Below, piece after piece: positions 49,034-58,195 of a DNA stretch of 64,000 bases. The first letter of the stretch is position 1; each line of letters opens with the position of its first letter. Under the pieces are notes generated by a model that did not search any database, had not been told where the DNA came from, and was given only the letters and a program-made list of their open reading frames with translations. Source of the DNA: Candidatus Latescibacterota bacterium (GTDB lineage Bacteria; Latescibacterota; CBDEFO01); the NCBI GenBank assembly GCA_965237525.1, contig CBDEFO010000007.1:416001-480000 (forward strand). Direction: 5' to 3'. The position numbers and the translations under genes were made by a program.

Positions 49034-51571
49034 ATGCAGGATAATTCAGGTGCACCCATGGAGTGGATGAAACTGGATCGAGACAAGGGCTACGTAGTAT
49101 TCAATTACGGTACGCTTAAGAACCTGCCGCCTTCGCACGTACCCACTCCGGATGACGTTGCGAAGGAGGTTTCATGCGCGTTAGCCAGGGATGAGTACGA
49201 GTCTATTCAGTTCGGCGTGCACGCGCTGTCGGACGACATCAAAGATATACAGGTGAAGGTGGAATCAGACCTGCAAGTGACCATTTATCATCGGATCAGC
49301 CCGCGTGTTAAAGAAAAACTGGCATCCGAACCAGCCGAATTGGATGAGATTGCGCGGCGGACACCAAGTCAGATACATCTGCAGCGAGGGAACGTGTTTG
49401 AAGAGCTTCCGACAGGTCAGAGCGTCAACTTCTGGCTTACGTTCAGGGCGGATGCCGAGACGACAGAGGGTCTGCACCGGGGGAAGGTCCGGATAGAAGC
49501 TGTGGGCAGGCGGGGGACTGTGCTGGATCTCGAGGTGAAGGTGCGGCCGTTCCAGCTTCAGCGCCCCAGAGTGCCGTTTGGCGTGTACTTTCGAGAAGAC
49601 ATGCTTCCGAAACGTTTTGGGGGCTTGGCGACGCCGAAGGAATCGGTACTGGCCATGTACCGGGACATGGCGGAGCACGGCCACAATTCCAGTTGGTTCT
49701 ACCCGACCGGAAGCTTTCGCGACTTGCCGCCCAGGAACGGCCATGCGCTTGATAAGCTGATCCCGCTGGCCCAGCAGGCCGGCCTCCTTGACCCGGAAGT
49801 GCCCAGCTTTATCTGCGGCGGAATTCCCGGGGGCCTCAATGATGAGCAACTGAAGGCGGCGGCTGCCTGGTTGGAAGCCGAGCGAAGGCAACGGGGATGG
49901 CCTGAGTTGATTGTATTTGGCACGGACGAGCCGAGTTACCCGCGGGACTATGATGCTGTCAGCAGAGAGTTGAGGAATCTGCGCGGTTTTCCCGTGCGTG
50001 TGGCCGTGGATCTGTCCGGAACGTCGGCATACGGGTATGGCGGCGATCTTTGCGACATCCAGAACGTGATGGATGGAATGATCTCGCCTGAGATGCTGGA
50101 CGAGGCGAGACGCATAGGAACGGAAATCTGGACATATTCGTTTCGCATATGGCGAGAGGATTTCCATCCTTTCCGCCAGCGCTACTTTGCGGGCCTCTAC
50201 ACCTGGACATACCAGCTCGGGGGCAATTGGGTCTGGGCGTATCACCACGGCCCTCACCGGCATGTCTGGTTTGCGCCTGAGAGTCACGAGCCGATGCCCG
50301 TAACTGCCTGGGAGGCCCGGCGGGAAGGGATTGATGACTACCGATACCTGCAGATGGTCGAGGACTGCGTTGCGGCCAATCCAGACGAGACACTGGCGAT
50401 TGAAGCGTCAGCGTGGTTGCAGGCCCTGAGGGTCCGTCTTTCGGCCACCGTTCCCAACGAAGTGGAGGTCGGCAAGCCTCTGGAGCTTGATGAATACGAC
50501 CAGATTCGAGCCAGGGCGGCCGACTATATCCAGAGGCTGGGTCCTGTTTCGAACGAGGCTGTAGCTCGTCCGCCGATATCGCACGCCAAGGATGAGGCAG
50601 CATCTTACCGGGGTAAGTCGGTGAGACAGTGTATCGCCGGCCTGGCCAGTTCGGATGTGTCAGAACGTCGCGCTGCTGCCTGGGCACTCTTTGAGCTAGG
50701 ACCGAAAGCGGCGCAGGCCGCAGAGCCGCTGGCCCGGTTGCTTGATGATCCCGAGGTGCGAATACCCGCCCTGCACGCACTTGAGCACATCGGTCCGGAG
50801 GCATTTCGGGTAGTGCCCGAGATAGTACGGCTACTGAATCATCCCGATTTCTACGTTCGTGTGGGTGCCGTCTTGGCTCTGGGTGAGATCGGGTGCCCGT
50901 TGAATAAACGCGACCGCAGCGGGCGCAGATCGCCTTCGGAATGGGTCGCGATCGTCGCCGAACCGTTGATGGTCACCTACCGAGATGATGATGCATCGCT
51001 GTCATCCCAGGCCGCGGGAATGCTCTCCGTCATGGAGAATCTAGCCAAGCCCGTTCTGGCGGAGGCGATCACAATGCTCGATGACCCTTCTCACAGGCGT
51101 CAAAGCGCAGCAATCGGCCTCATCACTGGACTGGGTCCGGATGCCGCAGCAGCAGTGCCAAAGCTTATCGAAATGCACGAGAACAAATCTGAGGACATCA
51201 GGTACATTAACACGCTGGCTGCTATCGGTCCGGCTGCCAAATCGGCCATTCCGGTTCTGGAAGAATACGCTGCAAAGGAGGACTCCGGTCCTAACCGGGC
51301 AGAGTCATACTATGCGCTTTTCTGTATCCGGAATGAGCTTTCCGACCTCCGGAAAATGGTCGAATTGCTAAAGGACGCGGATGAGGACCTCGAGACGAAG
51401 AAGCGGGTTGTAAAGCTGCTCAATGAACTGGGAGCGAAGGCCGCACCTGTTGCGGATGAGATCCGCCAGATGGTCGAGTCGGGGAAGTTTTCCGATTGGG
51501 AAGAGGACCTGGAGTCTTTCCTTGACAAAGTGAAAAGGGGAGAGGTGCCGGGTGTTTCTTTCAGGTGGTAG
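49034..51571 (+). CDS. GH123/DUF4091-like + HEAT-repeat protein, copy 2 (signal peptide cut off by an in-frame stop)
   Basis: FGTDEP, WEARREGIDDYRYL, HEAT units; in-frame leader from ATG 48950 ends in TAA at 49025. Confidence 0.8.
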   Translation: MQDNSGAPMEWMKLDRDKGYVVFNYGTLKNLPPSHVPTPDDVAKEVSCALARDEYESIQFGVHALSDDIKDIQVKVESDLQVTIYHRISPRVKEKLASEPAELDEIARRTPSQIHLQRGNVFEELPTGQSVNFWLTFRADAETTEGLHRGKVRIEAVGRRGTVLDLEVKVRPFQLQRPRVPFGVYFREDMLPKRFGGLATPKESVLAMYRDMAEHGHNSSWFYPTGSFRDLPPRNGHALDKLIPLAQQAGLLDPEVPSFICGGIPGGLNDEQLKAAAAWLEAERRQRGWPELIVFGTDEPSYPRDYDAVSRELRNLRGFPVRVAVDLSGTSAYGYGGDLCDIQNVMDGMISPEMLDEARRIGTEIWTYSFRIWREDFHPFRQRYFAGLYTWTYQLGGNWVWAYHHGPHRHVWFAPESHEPMPVTAWEARREGIDDYRYLQMVEDCVAANPDETLAIEASAWLQALRVRLSATVPNEVEVGKPLELDEYDQIRARAADYIQRLGPVSNEAVARPPISHAKDEAASYRGKSVRQCIAGLASSDVSERRAAAWALFELGPKAAQAAEPLARLLDDPEVRIPALHALEHIGPEAFRVVPEIVRLLNHPDFYVRVGAVLALGEIGCPLNKRDRSGRRSPSEWVAIVAEPLMVTYRDDDASLSSQAAGMLSVMENLAKPVLAEAITMLDDPSHRRQSAAIGLITGLGPDAAAAVPKLIEMHENKSEDIRYINTLAAIGPAAKSAIPVLEEYAAKEDSGPNRAESYYALFCIRNELSDLRKMVELLKDADEDLETKKRVVKLLNELGAKAAPVADEIRQMVESGKFSDWEEDLESFLDKVKRGEVPGVSFRW

Positions 51572-51780
51572 TCCTGATGTCACTTTGGAATTGCTGGCCG
51601 AATCAGACGGGACGGTTCTATTTGATCGAATTGCCGTCAACTGCCCCGTCAAGATAGGCAATGGCTTGCATAAAAAACCTCTATCAGTTCCTGTGCGGTT
51701 GGTCAGTTGTTTCCATGTCATTGGAGGCGAACAAAGAGATCAGGGCCAATAGCATTCGGCGTGCTCATTGCTGCCCGGCG
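49500..51780 (+). repeat. Long direct repeat of ~55690-57965
   Basis: Offset ~6185 bp; 50275-50900 differs from 56460-57085 by about one base on visual alignment. Confidence 0.9.
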
Positions 51781-52765
51781 TTCAGGGTCGAATTTTGATT
51801 GTGCCGGCATAGATGCTGGTTATGGGCTTGGTGGCGTGGGCGATCCTGGCGCCGTTTGTCGCCTTGGCGGAGGCCGGCGAGGTCAAAGTGACCGTACCCA
51901 GACAACCGAATCTGGAGGTAATTGATCTCTTCACCAACAAGGTAGTGGCTCGCCTCGACGCCGGACCTTCGACGTCAAGCTTAGACGGAACTTCCAGGGG
52001 AGGCTCTACCACCTGCGGCTGGCAGGTAACTGATAGCTCTTGTTTTGAAGGTGAACTCATGTCCCGGCCTAGCAAACCGGATCATCAGGTGGATATTGGA
52101 ATAAAGGGGAAATAAACGGCCCATATCTGGGAAAGCGAGTTGTCCGGTCGCAGCGTGCGGACAACTCGGATCTTAACTCGCTGGAAGGAGATGCAACATG
52201 AGAAAACGCAGCATAGTTGCCTATACATTGCTGGCCGTTGGATTAACGGCTCTCAATGCCTGTGGGCCCATGGAGTGGATGAAACTGGATCGAGACAAGG
52301 GTTACGTTGTCTTTAAGTACAGCACGCTTAAGAACCTGCCGCCTTCGCACGTGCCCACGCCGGGCGACGTTGCCGAGAAGGTTTCATGCTCGTTAGCCGG
52401 GGATGAGTACGAGCCGGTTCAGATTGGTGTTCACGCGCTGGCAGGTGGCTTGACCAACATCCGGGTCACGGTGATATCTGACCTCAAGGTGACGGTCTAT
52501 CACCGCATCGATCCAGGCATCAAGCAACAAGTGGCCTCAGAACCCGGCGCGACGGTGCTAATGCGGGTGCCAAGCGAAGTGTATTTGCAGCGAGGAGAGG
52601 TTGTTGGCGAACTTGCTAAAGGCGAATCCATCAATTTTTGGCTGCTGTTCCGTGCTGATGCTGAAACTTCTCCCGGCGTGCATCAGGGTAAGATCCGCAT
52701 TAAGCCGGACGGGCGGGCAGCGACGGAGTTGGACCTGGCGGTGCGCGTCAGGCCTTTTCAACTGG
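51215..52765 (+). repeat. Long direct repeat of ~60383-61930
   Basis: Gene tail + ~620-bp spacer + next gene head, highly similar at offset ~9166 bp. Confidence 0.9.
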
Positions 52766-54801
52766 CGGCACCGCGAGCAGTATTTGGCATGTGGTTTCGG
52801 GAGGATATGTTACCTGAGCGATTTGGATCCTGGGAGATAGAGGATCAGGATGCTCTGGCGATTTACCGGGATATGGCGGCGCACGGCCAGAACTCGGTCA
52901 CATTATATCATGCGGGACACTACGCCCAGTTGCCGCCACGAGGCAGCCGGATGATGGACAAGTCCCTTGCACTGGCCGTCGAGGCGGGGCTTATTCGCCC
53001 GGAAATTCCTGTTGTAGCCGTGCAAGCCGGAATCACCGGCCCGGCGTTTTCCCAAGCGCAGACGGAAGCGGCGGTGGCGTGGCTGGAGACGGAGCGGCGC
53101 AAGCGCGGCTGGCCGGAAATCATAATATTCGGCCGGGATGAAGGGCTTTATCCAGCGCCTGGGCTGAGAGAAACCTACGCTCCTCTGCGCCCGTTGCCCA
53201 TTCGCCTTATGACGGACACGGGTCACATCTCGACGCCGTACGCGTATGGTGATTTTCACGACGTGTTGAGCTTAGCCGATGGTATAGGCCCACCCGAGGT
53301 GCAGGCCGAGGCCAGCCGGATGGGCGCAGAAGTCTGGACCTATTCCTATCGCGTATGGAGGGAGAACTACAGCCCGCTTTGTGAGCGATACTATGCGGGG
53401 CTGTACCCGTGGGCACACAGGATCGGCGGCAATATGGTCTGGGTATACTCGGGCACCGGGGTTCACAGTCACGTCTGGTGGAAACCAGACAGCAACGAGC
53501 CGATGCCCATTACGGGTTGGGAGGGCCGCCGCGAAGGCGTTGACGACTACCGCTACCTTCAGATGGTCGAGGATCTTGTGCAGGCGAAGACGCCCGCCCC
53601 GTTAGCCATCGAGGCGGGGGTATGGCTGGAGGCGCTGAGGGCACGCCTCGCGCGCACGGCCATCAAAACGTACGATGTGGAGGCCGGCAAGCCCCTGGAT
53701 ATCGAGGAATATGACGCGATTCGAGCCACGGCGGCCGATTACATTGAGAAGCTCGGCCCGGTGGCGGACCGAGAAGAGCCACCCGTAGTCAGGGGTCTGA
53801 AAGACGAGGCTGCCGCCTTCCGCGGCAAATCGGTGGAACAGTGTGTCGCGGGACTGGGTGGTTCTGATGTCTGGCAGCGCCGGGCGGCGGCGTGGGCCTT
53901 GGTTGAACTGGGTCCCCAGGCCGCTCAAGCCACACCGGCGCTTGTCCGATTGCTCGATGATCCGGAAGTTCGCTTCCCCGCCTTGCGCGCACTTGAGGCG
54001 ATCGGCCCCGAGGCGTATCCGGCGTCGTCGAAACTAACCTCGCTTCTGTCACATCCCGATGCTTTCGTGCGCCTGGGCGCGACTTTTGCCTTGGCCGGCA
54101 TCGCTGGCCCACGGAGCTGGGATGTCGCTGTGAGCGGATATGCACCCGAGGATGTGTCGCCGTATGCTCATATGGTCGTGGCGCCGTTGCGGCAAGCGCT
54201 GCGTGATTCGTATTTGGACATCGCGCGGGTTGCTGCGTACGGGCTATCCCGTTGCGGCGAGGTCGCTGCACCGGCACTTCCCGACGCCATGAGGCTGGTC
54301 GCGGGCAAACCCACCGACGCGTCCACCGCCGCGATGCGGGTACTGGCCGGGATGGGACCGGCAGCCGCGGCTGCCGTCCCCCTTCTGATCAAATCTTACG
54401 CGGCCGCCGAAGGAAAAGATCGCGCCATCACCTGGACGCTGGCAGCCATCGGCCCGGCTGCGTCCGACGCCGTTACGGTCCTGGAGCAGTACCGCACGCC
54501 GGAAAACCCGCACCTGGCTGACACCTGCTACGCCCTGTTCTGCATTCGCGGCGAGGAATCAGACCTTAAAACAATGGCCGGGCAGCTGGGTGACAAGAGC
54601 CGGCCGGGGGGTTCCTCAGAATGGCAGGACGTCATCAGATTCCTCAATGCCCTCGGCGCCCGAGCTGCACCCGTCGTCCCCCTGGTGCTAGAGCGATTAC
54701 GGCTCCTGGACTCTGAACCTGATCTGAAGCGCCAACTCGAGTCGATACTTCTCCAAAGAGTCAAAAAAGGTGAAAGTCCCCTCAGATTGCTGCCGCGCTG
54801 A
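52198..54801 (+). CDS. GH123/DUF4091-like + HEAT-repeat protein, copy 3 (lipoprotein-like signal)
   Basis: MRKRSIVAYTLLAVGLTALNA-CG; FGRDEG, WEGRREGVDDYRYL, HEAT units. Confidence 0.82.
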   Translation: MRKRSIVAYTLLAVGLTALNACGPMEWMKLDRDKGYVVFKYSTLKNLPPSHVPTPGDVAEKVSCSLAGDEYEPVQIGVHALAGGLTNIRVTVISDLKVTVYHRIDPGIKQQVASEPGATVLMRVPSEVYLQRGEVVGELAKGESINFWLLFRADAETSPGVHQGKIRIKPDGRAATELDLAVRVRPFQLAAPRAVFGMWFREDMLPERFGSWEIEDQDALAIYRDMAAHGQNSVTLYHAGHYAQLPPRGSRMMDKSLALAVEAGLIRPEIPVVAVQAGITGPAFSQAQTEAAVAWLETERRKRGWPEIIIFGRDEGLYPAPGLRETYAPLRPLPIRLMTDTGHISTPYAYGDFHDVLSLADGIGPPEVQAEASRMGAEVWTYSYRVWRENYSPLCERYYAGLYPWAHRIGGNMVWVYSGTGVHSHVWWKPDSNEPMPITGWEGRREGVDDYRYLQMVEDLVQAKTPAPLAIEAGVWLEALRARLARTAIKTYDVEAGKPLDIEEYDAIRATAADYIEKLGPVADREEPPVVRGLKDEAAAFRGKSVEQCVAGLGGSDVWQRRAAAWALVELGPQAAQATPALVRLLDDPEVRFPALRALEAIGPEAYPASSKLTSLLSHPDAFVRLGATFALAGIAGPRSWDVAVSGYAPEDVSPYAHMVVAPLRQALRDSYLDIARVAAYGLSRCGEVAAPALPDAMRLVAGKPTDASTAAMRVLAGMGPAAAAAVPLLIKSYAAAEGKDRAITWTLAAIGPAASDAVTVLEQYRTPENPHLADTCYALFCIRGEESDLKTMAGQLGDKSRPGGSSEWQDVIRFLNALGARAAPVVPLVLERLRLLDSEPDLKRQLESILLQRVKKGESPLRLLPR

Positions 54802-54899
54802 AGAAGGGCTCGTCGCCGCGGTTGCTCATCTGGAATCAGAGGGAGATAATACTTATATACAGGCGGGACTGCTTGTTCAATTATTTCCGCGTTGAAAAC

Positions 54900-54928
54900 T
54901 TGACCGGGCTTTCCGATAATGCTAAAAT
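54900..54928 (+). promoter_or_regulatory. Sigma70-type promoter
   Basis: TTGACC-N17-TAAAAT in the AT-rich spacer before copy 4. Confidence 0.5.
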
Positions 54929-55146
54929 TCAGAATACTGGAACAAGACAAAGTCTCAGAAAAACATGTCCGACCCTGGCTGAAAAAACTAGCTTCGTGTC
55001 ATTTCACCGGCCGCAAAAGAGTTACCTAATTATTGAGCCTTAACAAAAGCGACCTTTTTTTATTGACTCAAACCGACGGCAAGGGCAAAACAGTCCTTCA
55101 TGCGAGGACAATCCGGAGTAACGCCGAGCGAAAGGAGAGAGGCAAG

Positions 55147-57756
55147 ATGAGAATGTATAGTCTTATGGCAACAGTATTGTTGATGGGACGCAGTCTGGGA
55201 GCAGGGACGGGATACGCCGAGAACGGTGAAGGCGGGCCGGGGACAAACTGGACGGCAGCCGAAAAGCTGAAGGGGTACGTGGTCTTTGAGTACAGTACGC
55301 TGGAGAATCTTCCGCCCGCTCACGTACCGACTAGGGAGGCGATCGTGGACACGGTCTCATGCGCTTTAGCCAGGGATGAGTACGAGTCTATTCAGTTCGG
55401 CGTGCACGCGCTGGCCGATAGCTTGACGAACATCCGGGTCACGGTAGTATCTGACCTCGAGGTGACGGTCTATCACCGCATCGATCCAGGCATCAAGCAA
55501 CAACTGGCGTCAGAACCAGCCGAATTGGATGAGATTGCGCGGTGGGTGCCGAGCCAGATACATCTGCAGCGAGGGGACGTGTATGAAAAACTTCCGGCAG
55601 GCCAGAGCGTCAACTTCTGGCTGACATTCCGGGCGGATGGTGAGACGCCAGAGGGTCTGCACCTGGGGAATATCCGAATAGAGGCTGCGGGCAGGCGGGG
55701 GACTGTGCTGGGTCTCGAGGTGAAGGTGCGGCCGTTCCAGCTTCAGCGCCCCAGAGTGCCTTTTGGCGTGTACTTTCGAGAAGACATGCTGCCGAAACGT
55801 TTTGGGGGCCTGGCGACACCGAAGGAATCGGTACTGGCGATGTACCGGGACATGGCGGAGCACGGCCACAATTCCAGTTGGTTCTACCCGTTGGGAAGCT
55901 TTAGCGACTTGCCGCCCAGGAACAACTATGCGCTTGACAAGCTGATCCCGCTGGCCCAGAAGGCCGGCCTCCTTGACCCGGAAGTGCCCAGCTTGATCGC
56001 AGGCGGAATTCCCGGGGGCCTCAATGATGAGGAACTGAAGGCGGCGGCTGCCTGGTTGGAAGCAGAGCGCACGCAACGGGGATGGCCTGAGTTGATTGTA
56101 TTTGGCACGGACGAGCCGAGTTACCCGCGGGACTATGATGCTGTCAGCAGAGAGTTGAGGAATCTGCGCGGTTTTCCCATGCGGGTGGTCGTGGATCTGT
56201 CTGGAACGTCGGCATACGGGTATGGCGGCGATCTTTGCGACATCCAGAACGTGATGGATGGAATGATCTCGCCTGAGATGCTGGACGAGGCGAGACGTGT
56301 GGGAACAGAGATCTGGACGTATTCGTACCGCATATGGCGCGAGCATTTCTATCCTTTCAGCCAGCGCTACTTTGCGGGGCTCTACACCTGGACATACCAG
56401 CTCGGGGGCAATTGGGTCTGGGCGTATCACCACGGGCATCACCGGCATGTCTGGTTTACGCCTGAGAGTCACGAGCCGATGCCCGTAACTGCCTGGGAGG
56501 CCCGGCGGGAAGGGATTGATGACTACCGATACCTGCAGATGGTCGAGGACTGCGTTGCGGCCAATCCAGACGAGACACTGGCGATTGAAGCGTCAGCGTG
56601 GTTGCAGGCCCTGAGGGTCCGTCTTTCGGCCACCGTTCCCAACGAAGTGGAGGTCGGCAAGCCTCTGGAGCTTGATGAATACGACCAGATTCGAGCCAGG
56701 GCGGCCGACTATATCCAGAGGCTGGGTCCTGTTTCGAACGAGGCTGTAGCTCGTCCGCCGATATCGCACGCCAAGGATGAGGCAGCATCTTACCGGGGTA
56801 AGTCGGTGAGACAGTGTATCGCCGGCCTGGCCAGTTCGGATGTGTCAGAACGTCGCGCTGCTGCCTGGGCCCTCTTTGAGCTAGGACCGAAAGCGGCGCA
56901 GGCCGCAGAGCCGCTGGCCCGGTTGCTTGATGATCCCGAGGTGCGAATACCCGCCCTGCACGCACTTGAGCACATCGGTCCGGAGGCATTTCGGGTAGTG
57001 CCCGAGATAGTACGGCTACTGAATCATCCCGATTTCTACGTTCGTGTGGGTGCCGTCTTGGCTCTGGGTGAGATCGGGTGCCCGTTGGATAAACGCGACC
57101 GCAGCGGGCGCAGATCGCCTTCGGAATGGGCCGCGATCGTCGCCGAACCGTTGATGGTCGCCTACCGGGATGATAATGCATCGCTGTCATACCTGGCGGC
57201 GGGAATGCTCTCCGTCATAGGTGGGTTTGCCAGGCCCGCTCTGCCGGAGGCGATCACAATGCTCGATGACCCTTCTCACACGCGTCAAAGCGCAGCAATC
57301 GGCCTCATCACTGGACTGGGTCCGGATGCCGCCGCAACAGTGCCAAAGCTCATCGAAATGCACAAGAACAAATCTGAGGACATCAGGTACATTAACGCGC
57401 TGGCTGCTATCGGCCCGGCTGCCAAATCGGCCATTCCGGCTCTGGAAGAATATGCTGCAAAAGAGGACTCCGGTCCTAATCGGGCAGACTCATACTATGC
57501 GCTCTTCTGCATCCGGAATGAGATTTCCGACCTGCGGAAAATGGTCGAGTTGCTAAAGGACGCGAATGAGAACACCGATACGAAGAAACACGTTGTAAAA
57601 CTCCTCAACCAACTGGGAGCGAAGGCCGCACCTGTTGGGGATGAGGTCAATCAGATGCTCAAGTCGGGAGAGTTTTCCGACTGGGAAGAGGACCTGCAGT
57701 CTCTCCTTGAGAAAGTTGAGACGGGAGAGGTGCCGGGTGTTTCTTTCAGGTGGTAG
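55147..57756 (+). CDS. GH123/DUF4091-like + HEAT-repeat protein, copy 4
   Basis: AAGGAG/GAGG RBS, distinct leader MRMYSLMATVLLMGRSLGAGTGYA; body near-identical to copy 2. Confidence 0.82.
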   Translation: MRMYSLMATVLLMGRSLGAGTGYAENGEGGPGTNWTAAEKLKGYVVFEYSTLENLPPAHVPTREAIVDTVSCALARDEYESIQFGVHALADSLTNIRVTVVSDLEVTVYHRIDPGIKQQLASEPAELDEIARWVPSQIHLQRGDVYEKLPAGQSVNFWLTFRADGETPEGLHLGNIRIEAAGRRGTVLGLEVKVRPFQLQRPRVPFGVYFREDMLPKRFGGLATPKESVLAMYRDMAEHGHNSSWFYPLGSFSDLPPRNNYALDKLIPLAQKAGLLDPEVPSLIAGGIPGGLNDEELKAAAAWLEAERTQRGWPELIVFGTDEPSYPRDYDAVSRELRNLRGFPMRVVVDLSGTSAYGYGGDLCDIQNVMDGMISPEMLDEARRVGTEIWTYSYRIWREHFYPFSQRYFAGLYTWTYQLGGNWVWAYHHGHHRHVWFTPESHEPMPVTAWEARREGIDDYRYLQMVEDCVAANPDETLAIEASAWLQALRVRLSATVPNEVEVGKPLELDEYDQIRARAADYIQRLGPVSNEAVARPPISHAKDEAASYRGKSVRQCIAGLASSDVSERRAAAWALFELGPKAAQAAEPLARLLDDPEVRIPALHALEHIGPEAFRVVPEIVRLLNHPDFYVRVGAVLALGEIGCPLDKRDRSGRRSPSEWAAIVAEPLMVAYRDDNASLSYLAAGMLSVIGGFARPALPEAITMLDDPSHTRQSAAIGLITGLGPDAAATVPKLIEMHKNKSEDIRYINALAAIGPAAKSAIPALEEYAAKEDSGPNRADSYYALFCIRNEISDLRKMVELLKDANENTDTKKHVVKLLNQLGAKAAPVGDEVNQMLKSGEFSDWEEDLQSLLEKVETGEVPGVSFRW

Positions 57757-58195
57757 CCCTGATATCACTTTAGAATCGCTGGCCGAATCGGACGGGACGG
57801 TCTATTTGACCGAATTGCCGTCAACTGCCCCGTCAAGATAGGCAATGGCTTGCAGAAAAAACACCTATCAGCTCCTGTGCAGTTGGTCAGTTGTGTCCAT
57901 GTCATTGGAGAACGAATAAAAGGATCAGGGCCAATAGCGTTCGGCGTGCCCATTGCTGCCCGGCGTTCATGCTTGAATTTTGATTGTGCCGGAATGGCTT
58001 GGGGGCGTGGGCGATCCTGGCGCCGTTTGTCGCTTTGGCGGAGGCCGGCGAGGTCAAAGTGACCGTACCACGACAACCGAATCTGGAGGTAATTAATCTC
58101 TTCACCAACAAGGTAGTGGCCCGCTTGGAGGCCAGACGACGGGCCTTCGACGTCTGGATTAACGGCTCTCAATGTCAACGGAGGGGGAAGCTAAC